This document shows positions 13,121 through 24,880 of a DNA stretch of 64,000 nucleotides, piece after piece. Origin of the DNA: Leucoraja erinacea (Eukaryota); NCBI RefSeq assembly GCF_028641065.1, contig NC_073393.1:28830001-28894000 (forward strand). Direction: 5' to 3'. Under the pieces are notes generated by a model, which was not told where the DNA came from, made no database searches, and saw only the letters and a list, made by a program, of their open reading frames with translations. Position numbers and translations under genes: made by a program. Numbering within the stretch: position 1 is the stretch's first letter; every line of letters begins with the position of its first letter.

Positions 13121-13779
13121 TTTTCCCACCCTCCAGATTATTCTTGTGAGAGTTGACTGAGCACATTAATACCTCAAATATTGACTACCAGAAAACAGAC
13201 GTCTGTACTCATATTTGATGTGCTAAGTGAGAATATAATCAATCTGGTCTGGAACCCATCTTGAACTCAGCCACAATGTTGTCAAATAATTTCTGCTGGA
13301 GATGTCTGATGCCTGGTTTGATATTCCCCAATTAACATTGCCTCATTGTCTTTAGTTTGTCGTTGCATACAAGAATGCTTTATGGTCATGTGGCATACAA
13401 ATCATATTGTGCTGAAGAATCCAGACCTGAAATGTTATCTGTTCATTCCCTCCATAGATGCAGTCTGACCTGCTGAGTTCCTCAACATCTGCAGTCCCTT
13501 GCATCTCCTAAAACTCATATCTCGTGAGTGGCCCCCTGCTGTGAGCCAGACGTCAGCTCACTATAGATTGTGGCGCTTATTCATGCAGTTGTGCTTTTAC
13601 TTTCAAAACTGCTTGTAGTTTACTTTTGGAAATAGGTCACAAAGACCGTTTTTTATTGGGTTTAATAGTGACTATATCTCAAATGTGATGCTTTGACTAT
13701 GGTTAGTTCTCCCTAACAGGTTATGTGTAACAGGTGCACTCCCTTCCTTTCTCCCTCTCCTCTTGCCCCCTTCAACAAC

Positions 13780-14075
13780 CCTTGCTGTTCTCCACATGGT
13801 ATTCCTCTTGAGATCACACCTTCCCGAGCCAACAATGGGCCTACCAGGACACCACCATGCCTGAGGTTATTTGTGGTTGGCCCTGACTGGCCCTGGTCTT
13901 TTCTTACCTCCAGCTATTAACCAGCCCCCTCCCCCAACTTTTAATCTGAAGAAGGGTCCCGACCCAAATTATCATCCATCCTTCTTCTCCAAAGTTGCTG
14001 CCTGACCTGCTAAGTTATTCCAGGACTTTGTGCCTATCTTTGGTATAAACCAGCATCTGCAGTTCTTTGTTTCCT
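13780..14075 (+). mobile_element. Penelope 3' region with degenerate hammerhead core
   Basis: CTGAAGAAGGGTCCCGACCC at 13946 followed by the family tail ...cagcatctgcagttc. Confidence 0.7.
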
Positions 14076-14852
14076 CAACAGGCAGCTTAGCTTTGATTTC
14101 CACTTCAATAGTATTAGAGTACATTACAAGGATTTTGACATAATTTCTATGAATGCGAGTTTACACTATGTTATGCCTAAGAACCTCATGCCAAGATTAA
14201 GATTTGACCAACTATTTGCCCACCGATAGTTAAAGAGTGATCCTAAATGATTATTGCAGTTTAACTCAGTTTTTTTTAGCCCAATGCAAGATAATGCCTG
14301 AGCAAGCAGCTGGTTGAGTTGAAAGCATATGATCAAATTCACAATAGTTGTTGATTCAGCAAACATTATTCCATCATGTGCTTACTTGGTTCTGCCTGCA
14401 ATGTAATTGCGGCTGACTCGGCTATTTCTTATTTTTCCACAACATGTAGAGGATGCCAGAAATATTCTCTGTTGTAGACAAAATTAAAACCAACATTTGC
14501 TAAAGGATCTTTGACTATTTTTTTGTATCTGAGTTTTGCTGGTAAAGTGTGTAGTTATAGTCAATCTCCAATTGAAATTAAGAAGGTGTTGTGAACTATC
14601 CTCTTGAGTTTTGCTGGTTGAAAGTGTGTAGTTATAGTCAAAATCTCTAATTGATGAGTTCTGCCTGCTGTTTTGCTGCTAAGTCATGTTGTGGAGCTGT
14701 TTAGTTGACAGGTCTGATCACTATGAGGGATGGTAAAGTTTAGTTATAGTTCTCTAGAAATTAAGAAGGTTGTGATAACAGTATGCTGCAGTCCTGATGA
14801 AAGTCATCCCGTGGAGCTGATTAGTTGACAGGTCCAAGCGACAATGAGGGAT

Positions 14853-15152
14853 TTAGTTTAGTTTAGTTTAGAAATACAGTGTGGAAACAGGCCCTGCGGT
14901 CCACCAAGTCCACGCCGACCACCGATCACCCATACACCACTTGCTCTATGTTATCCTGCTCTATGTTATCCCACACACGAGGGGCAATTTACAGAAGCCA
15001 ATTAACCTGCAAACCTGCACGTCTGTGGAATGTGGGAGAAAACCCATGCAGTCACAGGGAGAACATACAAACTCTGTACAGACAGCCACCATAGTCAGGA
15101 TTACCGTAGCTAGTTGCTGTGAGGCATCAACTCTACTGCTGCACCACTGTGT
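14853..15152 (-). mobile_element. V-SINE (HE1-like)
   Basis: (TTTAG)n tail and family body. Confidence 0.82.
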
Positions 15153-15470
15153 GACCATAAATCAGAAGATTGGAAAATATTTTTAAAAAGTGCTCCGATT
15201 TGGAAATGTGTTAGCGATATACAGTATTTACACGTGCGTGACTTGGAAGGGAACCTGCATATAAAGATTTTCCCATGTGTATGCCGCCCCTATTCTTCTT
15301 GCTGGAGAAGTGATAGTTTAGGGAGTTGTGTCAGAGTAACCATGGGGAATAACTACAGTACATTTTGTAGATGATACACACTTGATGTTGTGGTGGTGCA
15401 GGGAGTGAATGTTATGGATGGTGCATGTGAAGCCAACCAATTGGGCTGCATTGTCTCGGACAGTGTTGCA

Positions 15471-16039
15471 TAATAATAATAATATATTTTATTGTCATTG
15501 CACATCAGTGCAACGTGATTTGGAATGCAGCTTCCATCCGATGTCATAACATAAATAACTAATACAATTTAGATTTAGATATCCCGAGAACATGGATTGT
15601 AAAAAGAACAGTAAAACAGTCAAAACAGTTCAACAGACTAAAGTTCAGATGTGTCTGTGCGACGTGACCATCCGAGGGAGACAGTCCAGGGGGGGTGGGG
15701 GGCACTCAGCAGGGCCGGTTCAGGGCCACTATAGCTCTGGAAATGAAGCTGTTCCCGAGTCTGGAGGTTCGGGCGTAGAAGGCCTTGTAACGTCTGCCGG
15801 AGGGAAGTAGTTCGAATAGTCCATTACAAGGGTGTGAGGAGTATTTATGGATGCTGACGGCCTTCTTGAGGCACCGTGTGTGGTAGATGCCCTCCAAGGC
15901 TGGTAGCGGTGTCCCAATAATCCTCTGCGCTCTGTGGACAATGCGCTGAAGAGCTCTCCTCTCCGCCTCCGTGCAGCTGAGATACCACACAGAGATGCTA
16001 TATGTTAATATGCTCTCCGTGGTGCAGCGGTAGAAGGTC
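15471..16039 (-). mobile_element. Rex1/Babar-type LINE 3' fragment
   Basis: FYRCTTESILTYSISVWY...LQRIV...LLPSGRRY...SFI; (TAT)n tail at 15471. Confidence 0.85.
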
Positions 16040-16844
16040 TTAGGTCTACTTCTGTAACCTGTGAACTTGTGAACAAGTGACATAAATGCTTTGAGGAGTC
16101 TGGGCTGAAACATGGCACAGTATATGTAGCCTCTGACTGGTCTTGTCACCATCTTATTTGAGTGTCCATCCCAGTTGAACAATAATGACTGCTAGGAAGG
16201 TTGGGGAATTAGTGATGATAATGCTATTGCACGCCAAGAAGAGGTGGAAATGGCTATTGCCTGGCACTTGTTGCTTGCCTGAGCCTGAATGTTGACTAGA
16301 AACACATGTGGCTTTCCTCCAGGCACCCCGCTTTCCTCCTACATCCCTAAGACATGCAGGTTTGTCTGTAAATTGCCCCTATTGTGTAAGAGGTGGAGGC
16401 GTAAGTGGATAACATGGAACTAGTGTGAACGGGTGATCGAAGGTCAGCGTGGACCCGGTGGCCCTAAGGGCCTGTTTCCATGCTGTATCTCTGAACTAAG
16501 CTAAACTAAACAATGACTACTAGTGCCAGATTTCACATAAGAGGAAACATCCTCTCGGCATCCACCTACTCAAGACCACTCAGGATCTTGGGTTTAGTTT
16601 ATTGTCATGCATACCGAGGTACAGTGAAGCTTTTGTTGCATGCTAACCTGCCTTATATGCTTCAATCAGTTGACTCTAATGTTCTAAACTCCAGGGGATA
16701 CAAGCTTAGTTTCCTTAACATTTCCTCATCACACACCTGCCCATTCCAGGAGTCGGTCTAATAAACCTTCTCTGCTTCCAACACGACAACATTCTTTCTT
16801 AAATAAAGAGACCAATACATTACATGATACTTCTGATCACTCGT

Positions 16845-17645
16845 AACAAGGACAGGGTCCTCCTTGTCCTCCCTTCCACCCCACCAGCCATTACACACAA
16901 CAGATAATCCTCCAACATTTTTGCCACCTCCAACGGGATCCCACAACTGGCTACATCTTCCCATCTCCTCCCCCTTAGGCTTTCCACAGAGACCGCTCCC
17001 TCTGTAACTCCCTGGCCAATTCGTCCCTTCCCATCCAAACCACCCCCTCCCTCGGTACTTTCCCTTGCAACCGCAGGAAATGCTCAAATTGTCGCTTTAC
17101 CTCCCCCCTCAACTCCATCCACGGACACAAGCAGTCTCTCCAGGTGAGGCAGAGGTTCACCTGCACCTCCTCCAACATCATCTATTGCATCTGCTGCTCT
17201 AGCTGTCAACTTCTCTACGTCGGTGAGACCAAGCGCAGGCTTGGCGCTCACTTTGCCCAACATCTCCGTTCGGTTCGCAATAACCAACCTGATCTCCCGG
17301 TGGCTCAGCACTTCAACTGCCCCTCCCATTCCGTATCCGACCTTCTCCATGGCCAGAGTGAGTCCCACCTGGGCAGTTTACACCCCAGCGGTGTGAACAT
17401 TGACCTCCAATTTCAGGTAGTCCTTGCTTTCTCCCTCCTTCCCCTCCCCTCCCCAGCTCTCCCACAGCCTACGGTCTCCACCTCTTCCTTTCTTCTTCCC
17501 GCCCCCACCCCACATCAGTCTGAAGAAGGATCTCGATCCGAAATGCCACCTATTCCTTTTCTCCATAGATGCTGTCTCACCCGCTGAGTTTCTCCAGCAT
17601 TTTTGTCTACCTTCGATTTTTCCAGCATTTGCAGTTCTTTCTTAA
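16845..17645 (+). mobile_element. Penelope-like element remnant: GIY-YIG endonuclease + 3' repeat with hammerhead motif
   Basis: FTCTSSNIIYCICCSSCQLLYVGETKRRL..F..H..VAQHFN (PLE GIY-YIG); downstream CTGAAGA-A-GGAT-CTCG-ATCC-GAAA at 17520-17543. Confidence 0.88.
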
Positions 17646-17714
17646 CTGATACTTCTGATAGTTGGGTTACAAGACCTGCTACAAGAATTCTGGACTATCC
17701 GGAGAGAGGCGTTA

Positions 17715-18030
17715 ATATATTCAAATCTCACCATAGCAAATGGAAGAACTTAATGAATAGATAAATGAATAGAATGTGGTGAGTGCATAAACCAGGGTTT
17801 ACATAGGAAAGTTAGTTATAGAAATGCTGTATTATAATAAAACTATCTGGTTTACTCATATTCTTCAGTGAAGGAAACCTGCCATCCTTACCTAATCTGA
17901 TAATATATGACTCCAATTGCACTGTTCTGGTTGACTCCTAATTATCTCTGAAGTTTAGGACGAACTTTAGGACTGGCCAACAGTGTTGAAATTGCCAGTA
18001 ATGTCCACATCCTATGATTGAATAAAACAA
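17715..18030 (+). mobile_element. Old tRNA-derived SINE of a second family (degenerate)
   Basis: ttcaaatctcaccat head, gaaggaaacctgccatccttacc body, cacatcctatgattgaataaaa tail; a related copy lies at about 21850-22170 (-). Confidence 0.55.
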
Positions 18031-18165
18031 GGTAGATTAATCCGTAATCTACCTTGACACTGAGAAGGAATAATTTTCCATCATTTACCCCCGCAAACTC
18101 TCTAATTGAGCCTCCAATTAACCTACATTTTTCCAGGATCAGTGTTCAAAAATCTTAGTTATATA

Positions 18166-19781
18166 CAGTGGCTTGCAAAAGTTTTCATACCCCTTGAACT
18201 TTTCCACATTTTGTTATGTTACAACCACAAACGTAAATGTATTTTATTGGGATTTTATGTGATAGACCAACACAAAGTGGCGCATAATTGTGAAGTGGAA
18301 GGAAAATGATACATGGTTTTCAGATTTATTTACAAATAAAAAACTGAAAAGCATGGCATGCAAAGGTATTCAGCCCCCTTTACTCTGATATGCCTAAATA
18401 AAATCCAGTGCAACCAATTGCCTTCAGAAGTCACCTAATTAGTAAATAGTCCACTTGTGTGTAATCTAATCTCAGTATAAATACAGCTGTTCTGTGAAGG
18501 CCTCAGAGGTTTGTTAGAGAACATTAGTGAACAAACAGCATCTTGAAGCCCAAGGAACACACCAGACAGGCCAGGGATAAAGTTGTGGAGAAGTTTAAAG
18601 CATGGTTAGGTTATAAAAAAATATCCCAAGCTTTGAACATCTCACGGAGCACTGTTCAATCCATCATCCAAAAATGGAAAGAGTATGGCACAACTGCAAA
18701 CCTACCAAGACATGGCTGTCCACCTAAACTGACAGGTCGGGCAAGGAGAGCATTGATCAAAGAAGCCGCCAAGAGGCCCATGGTAACTCTGGAGGAGCTA
18801 CAGAGATCCACAGCTCAGGTGGGAGAATCTGTCCACAGGACAACTATTAGTTGTGCACTCCACAAATCGGGCCTTTATGGAAGAGTGGCAAGAAGAAAGC
18901 CATTGTTGAAAAAAAGCCATAAGAAGTCCCGTTTGCAGTTTGCCACAAGCCATGTGGGGGACACAGCAAACATGTGGAGGAAGGTGCTCTGGTCAGATGA
19001 GACCAAAATTGAAGTTTTTGGCCTAAATGCAAAACGCTATGTGTGGCGGAAAACTAACACTGCACATCACCCTGAACACACCATCCCCACTGTGAAACAT
19101 GGTGGTGGCAGCATCATGCTGTGGGGATGCTTTTCTTCAGCAGGGACAGGGAAGCTGGTCAGAGTTGATGGGAAGATGGATGGAGCCAAATACAGGGCAA
19201 TCTTGGAAGAAAACCTGTTAGAGTCTGCAAAAGACTTGAGACTGGGGCGGAGGTTCATCTTCCAGCAGGACAACGACCCTAAACATACAGCCAGAGCTAC
19301 AATGGAATGGTTTAGATCAAAGCATATCCATGTGTTAGAATGGCCCAGTCAAAGTCCAGACCTAAATCCAATTGAGAATCTCTGGCAAGACTTGAAAATT
19401 GCTGTTCACAGACACTCTCCATCCAATCTGACTGAGCTTGAGCTATTTTGCAAAGAAGAATGGGCAAACATTTCAGTCTCTAGATGTGCAAAGCTGGTAG
19501 AGACATACCCCAAAAAGACTTGCAGCTGTAATTGCAGCGAAAGGTGGTTCTACAAAGTATTGACTCAGGGGGGCTGAATACTTTTGCATGCCACACTTTT
19601 CAGTTTTTTATTTGTAAAAATATTTGAAAACCATGTATCATTTTCTTTCCACTTCACAATTATGCACCACTTTGTGTTGGTCTATCACATAAAATCCCAA
19701 TAAAATACATTTACGTTTGTGGTTGTAACGTGACAAAATGTGGAAAAGTTCAAGGGGTATGAAAACTTTTGCAAGCCACTA
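18166..19781 (+). mobile_element. Tc1/mariner DNA transposon, IR/DR type, Passport-like
   Basis: TA then CAGTGGCTTGCAAAAG at 18166; TIRs of about 214 bp (18166-18379 and about 19568-19781); internal transposase. Confidence 0.95.
18543..19563 (+). pseudogene. Tc1 DD34E transposase (start codon TTG; +1 A at about 19512-19516 displaces the last residues)
   Basis: WSDETK, FQQDNDPKH, WPSQSPDLNPIEN with exactly 34 residues between the second D and E. The shifted frame reads RLAAVIAAKGGSTKY-stop ending at 19563. Confidence 0.93.
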
Positions 19782-20529
19782 TCTCCTTTGATATCAGCTG
19801 TTGACGCCATACTGTTTTTTTCATAGTTATAATACAGTATCATTGCAGTAATGGGCGGTTGAATGGTTTGCGCTCTTAATTTAAATTAACCAATATCCTT
19901 GACATATTTACAGTATTGTCCTCTTCTCACTGGCCCCTCTCCGAATAAAACTTCAGCCCCATTTCCTCTTTTAATTGCTTTCACCACAGAGATCTGGGTC
20001 AGATGCAGTGATTTTGTTGCAAGCTTGCCAATTATTTAATGCCTTTCTGGGTTTGGTCGTGAATAATGTTTTTATGGGAAGGGTATTGACTTCTCGGAAA
20101 ACTTTTTATAACAAGGTCCTTCTCATTCAATGCTCCCACATCTGCAAATGAACTTTTGTCTTCGAAGTACATTGTTTCATTGGTTTTTGTTTTTGTTTCA
20201 CAGATGAGACATGTTATACTTTCTATTGATTTCGTGGTTGATTTTCATTTTCCTAATTCATTCACAATGAAACTAGCAAGGTCAGCACTTGTTTCCTGCT
20301 TAAAACATCTCTTGAATTAAAAGTTTTGGTCAAGCATGTCAGAAATCCTTAAAATGTCAGTCTCATTTTTTGAGTACGAGTCAAACCAGGACAGGTGAGT
20401 TAAGGACAATTGAGTTTATTTCCTGAAATATGGGCGTGCAATACTATTTTTCAGCGCTATCTGTCAGAAGGTGACCTGTAGTCAAGTCAAGTCAAGTTTA
20501 TTTGTCGCATACACATACGAGATGTGCAG

Positions 20530-21365
20530 GAAGCATGCGAAGGCTTTGGAAAGGGTGCAGAAGAGGTTTACCAGACTGGATTAGAGTGGATTAGCTATAC
20601 AGTGAACTTGGTCAATTTTGGATTGTTGTCTCTGAAACGTCGAAGGCTGAGGGGGGGACCTGATAGAAATATATAATATAATGATAGGCATAGATAGGAG
20701 AGACAGTCCAAACTTTATTCTCAGTGTGGAAATGTCAAAGACTAGAAAGAAGGCATGGCTTTAATGTGAGAAGGGCAAAATTTAAAGGGGCAAGTTATTT
20801 TATGCAGAGAGTGTTGAGTACCCAGAATGTGCTGCCAAGGGTAGTGGTGGAGGTAGAGGTGGTGGTATTTTATTTTTTTATTTATTTATTTTTTTATTAG
20901 AAGTACAGTAAATTACAATAATACACATCAGATATATCTTATTACATTTGTTGTACCACTTCGTTTTTCGAGCTTTAAAAAAGATAGAAATAAAAGAAGG
21001 AAAGTGAGCAAGAATCGTGAAGGTGCAGGAAAGTGTTGGGAAAAGAAAGCCCCTTAGGGAAGAAGTTAGAGAAGGAAGTAAAGAAAGGAAATAAGACCCT
21101 AGAAAGAAAAGAAAAAAAAAAAAAAACAATCGCTCTATTGTAACACAAAACTCGCAAAAAAGGATATACCAACCGTGTTTTAAAAAAATATATATTTTAT
21201 ACCCCCCGGAGGTGGTGGTATTTAAGAGGTTTTTGGATAGGTACCTGGTTGTGCAGTAAGTGGAGGGATCTGGATAACCTGCAGGCACAGAGGATTAGTT
21301 CAACCTGCATAATGTTTGGCATGGACATTATGAATTGAAGGGGCTGTTCCCGTGCTATAATGTTC
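20530..21365 (+). mobile_element. Old CR1 3' fragment interrupted by an L1 3' end
   Basis: gaaagggtgcagaagaggtttaccag ... gggctgttcccgtgct on both sides of 20871-21208. Confidence 0.7.
20871..21208 (-). mobile_element. 5'-truncated L1-like LINE 3'UTR with A-rich tail
   Basis: 15-bp TSD GAGGTGGTGGTATTT (20856-20870 and 21209-21223); T-rich tail on plus strand; TT/AAAT endonuclease-type site. Confidence 0.75.
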
Positions 21366-22449
21366 TCTGTCCGGTTTGTGGAATGGAATACATTTGTGAT
21401 AATTTCCAAATCATAAAGCACTAATCTGTAAATTGCCCCAGACAGTTCCACTTGTACATTGCCCTTGCATGTAAGATGAAGAATGATATCATGCCCAAAT
21501 GAGTGTCGTCTCAGAAATGTAGTCAAATTGTACAATGTGTATCTATACTTGGGCGCTCACCGGACTAATCGCAGTAGTGCTCTCTAAACGGGGCTTCCTG
21601 GAGCAGATGCCTGTCCATTTCTGGAACCAGACCTGTCTCGGTTTCCAATTGATTAGTTGCAAGTTAACTGGTTTTCTTGGGGCTTCCCACATTAAGTCGA
21701 TGACTTTGTCATTCACCCGAGCAACCTCCACACCTCCAAGCCTGAACTCTGAGCCTCATCATCCCCACCTCACCCTTGAGCCTCGATTTTCAAGCTCCAG
21801 CCTTCATTCAAGTTGTCAAGTTAGATTATGAATGAATAAATACAGAGGAAATGTTTTATCCATTCATGAGACGTGGACATTACTGGTAATTTCATCACTG
21901 TTGGACAGTCCTGAACACAAGGCATAATTAAGAATCAATCACAGCCATACACTTGGAGTCATATATTATTAGATCACATCAGGACGGCAGGTTTGCTGAA
22001 GAATATGAGTGAACCAGATAGTTTGTATTTAAATCCAGCATTTCCGTAACTAACTTTCCGATGCCAAGCCTGTTTTTTGTATTTTTCATGTTTTATTGAT
22101 TTACTTAGTTACAAGTTCTCCCAGCTACTATGGTGAGATTTGAACTCACATCTCTGGATCACTAGTTCAGAATTGCCATATGCACAAGTACAGTGAGGTA
22201 CGCTACAATGAAAATCTTGCTTGCAGCAACATCACAGGTACATTGACCACAAGCAAAATCATAAATTATAGATAAATTATGCACAAATTCTGCAACAATG
22301 AAAATATAAGATTGTGCATAAAAACAAGACACTAGTCACAAATAACACAATTAGAAAATAAAACCATATTAATCCAAGAGGTGGTCCATTGTATTCCATT
22401 CTCGTGGTAGGATTTGGCTTGTGCAGGTGGGTTCAACAACCTGATAGTT

Positions 22450-22990
22450 ATATCGGGATTTTATTCGGATGCAACACAGTTTGGTTTTGGAACAGCTCCA
22501 TCCAAGACCGCAAGAAATTGCAGTGATTTGTGGATGCATCCCACACTATCATACCTCCCTTCCAGTGATTCCATTTATACCTCACGCTGCCTCGGCAAGG
22601 CCAACTGCATAATCAAGAACCAGTTGCACCCTGGCCACTCCCTCTTCTCCCCTCTCCCACGGGCAAAAGGTATAGAAGTGTGAAAATGCACACCATCAGA
22701 TTCAGGGGCAGTTTCTTCCCAGCTGTTATCAGGCAACTGAACCATCCTACGGCAACTAGTTCGGAAATACTATCGACCTTATTGGTGACCCTCGGACTAT
22801 CTTTGATCGGACTTTGCTGGCTTTATCTTGCCCTCAACTTCATTGTTCCCTTATCACGTATATGTACACTGTAGATGGCTCAATTGTAATCATGTATTGT
22901 CTTTCTGCTGATTAGTTAGCACGCAACAAAAGCTTTTCACTGTTCCTAGGTACATGTGACAATTAATCAAACTAAACTCAACAAAACTAA
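22450..22990 (+). mobile_element. Rex1-type LINE 3' end nested in the older Rex1 copy
   Basis: SIYTSRCLGKA..II...HPGHSLFSPLP; 3'UTR ending gtacatgtgacaat...aaactaa. Confidence 0.75.
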
Positions 22991-23503
22991 ATAGGAAAGT
23001 AACTGTTCCTGAGTCTAGAGATGTGGGTCTTTAGGCTTCTGTGCTGCCTACCCTATGGTTGAAGCTAGAAGAGGGGGATGATGGGGATCCTTCATGATAG
23101 ATGCTGCCTGTTTATAACAGCAACTCCTGTAAATGCTTTTTGGAGAGACTGGGCTGGGTCCACCACTCTCTGTAGTCTCTTGTGTTCCCGTGATTTGGAA
23201 TTCCCACACCAAGCCACGATGAAACTAGCCAGGATACTTTAGATGCATTGACTTTAGAAAATCTGTGCAAGTTTGTTCGGATATTAGGCGACATTCTGAA
23301 TCTCGTTAAATGTCTCAAAGGGCAGAGGCATCGGCCTAACTATATCTGTGTGCTGGGCCCAGGATAAATCATCTGAGATGTTAATGCCCACAAATTTGAA
23401 GCTGCTAACACTCCACCACTGACCCGCTAATGAAAACTGGTACATGTTCTCTCAACTTCCCCTTTCTGAAGTCAATGATTAGTTTCTTGGTTTTGTTAAA
23501 GTT

Positions 23504-23575
23504 GAGAGAGAGAGAGAGAGAGAGATTGAGAGAGAGAGAGAGAGAGATTGAGAGAGATTGAGAGAGAGAGAGAGA
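23504..23575. repeat. (GA)n microsatellite with TT interruptions
   Basis: Directly visible. Confidence 0.95.
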
Positions 23576-24654
23576 CTGTTGTTGTGGCATCATTCAACCA
23601 GGTGTTCGATCTCTCCTGCACACCGATTCATCACCAACATGATTTGGTCAACAATGGAGGTGACGTCGGCAAATTTATAGATGGCGTTGGCACGCAGTCT
23701 TGGGTGTAAAGAGAGTAGAGCAGGGGGCTAGACATGCAACCCTGAGTTGCACCTGTGTTTATGGCCAGTGAGGAGAAGATGTTGGCACCTATCAGCACTG
23801 ATTGCGGTCTGCTGATGAGGAAGTCAAAACGGTTGGCACAAACAGTTATCCAAACCATAGACTGGATTTAAACCACCCCACACAAAGCTTCCAACCCAGG
23901 TGGCACTCCTGGCCAAATGCTAAAGACCTGTGTGGACCAATTGACTGGAGTATTCAAGGACATCTTTAACCTCTTGCTTCTGTGGTCTGAAGTTCCCACC
24001 TGCTTCAAGAGGGCATTCATTGCACCCTGCCTCAATGACCATTGCTAATCGTACCCAGCCGAAGGTCAATGACCAATGACCGATGTTGTGCTTTGAGAGG
24101 TTGGCTGTGGTTTGAATCATCGCCTACGCCTACATCAGAAATGACCTAGATCTACTTTGTTGCCTATTGGCCACAACAGGTCAACAATACAGTAGATCAC
24201 TGGCTCTTCACTGCTTTGGGCCATCTGGATTACAGGAACACCTCTGTCAGTCTGCTGTGCATTGACTTCAACTTGGTGTTGAACACCATCACCCTCTCCA
24301 AACTCATCACCAAGATCCAAGACTTTGACCTCTGTACTTCATATTGCAACTGGATTTTTGATTTCCTTCATGTGAATGGATCCATTTCCACCAATGGTCT
24401 CTTTGGACTGCCTTCCCACAACTAAAACAAAAATGAATTACCAAGTAAAGGCCTTGGCCAAGGCAATCTCCCGGTTGCCAAACATTTTAACTCCCTTTCC
24501 CATTTTCATATTGACCTTTCTGTCCAGGGCCTCCTCCACTGTCAGAGTGAGGCTAAACAGCATCTCAGATTGTGCTCGGGCAGTTTACAATTCAGCAGGA
24601 TAAACGTTGATTTCCCTAATTTCAAGTAACTCCTAAATTCCTATCAATCCTCAA

Positions 24655-24880
24655 TCACCCAACTACACTTGTTCTTTTGCATCCTACACATTGCAAACTA
24701 CACATTAGGGGCAGTTTGCAGTAGTCCACAAATCTACAATGCCGCATGCTTTTGGGATGTGGGGGGAAACTGGAACTCGAAGGAACCCCAAACTCCTCAG
24801 AGACAGCACCCGGGTTCAGGATTGAGCCCGGATCTTTGGCGCTGCGAGACAGCAGCTCTACCTGCTGCACCACTATGCCA
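24655..24880 (-). mobile_element. V-SINE (HE1-like), degenerate
   Basis: Family body and head on minus strand. Confidence 0.7.

Larger units (their letters stand above)
22170..24371 (-). mobile_element. Rex1/Babar-type LINE with inverted 5' segment (23830-24371) and nested insertion (about 22450-22990)
   Basis: Minus strand reads DFLISRPQSV...TGATQGC..SPLLYSLYT..NKTKKLIIDFRK; plus strand 23880-24371 encodes the upstream RT part ending CNWIFDFL. Confidence 0.75.

Noticed and set aside
14530-14850. Repeat-spacer pattern suggestive of a CRISPR array
   Set aside because: Eukaryotic context, irregular spacing, different modules repeated and no cas genes.
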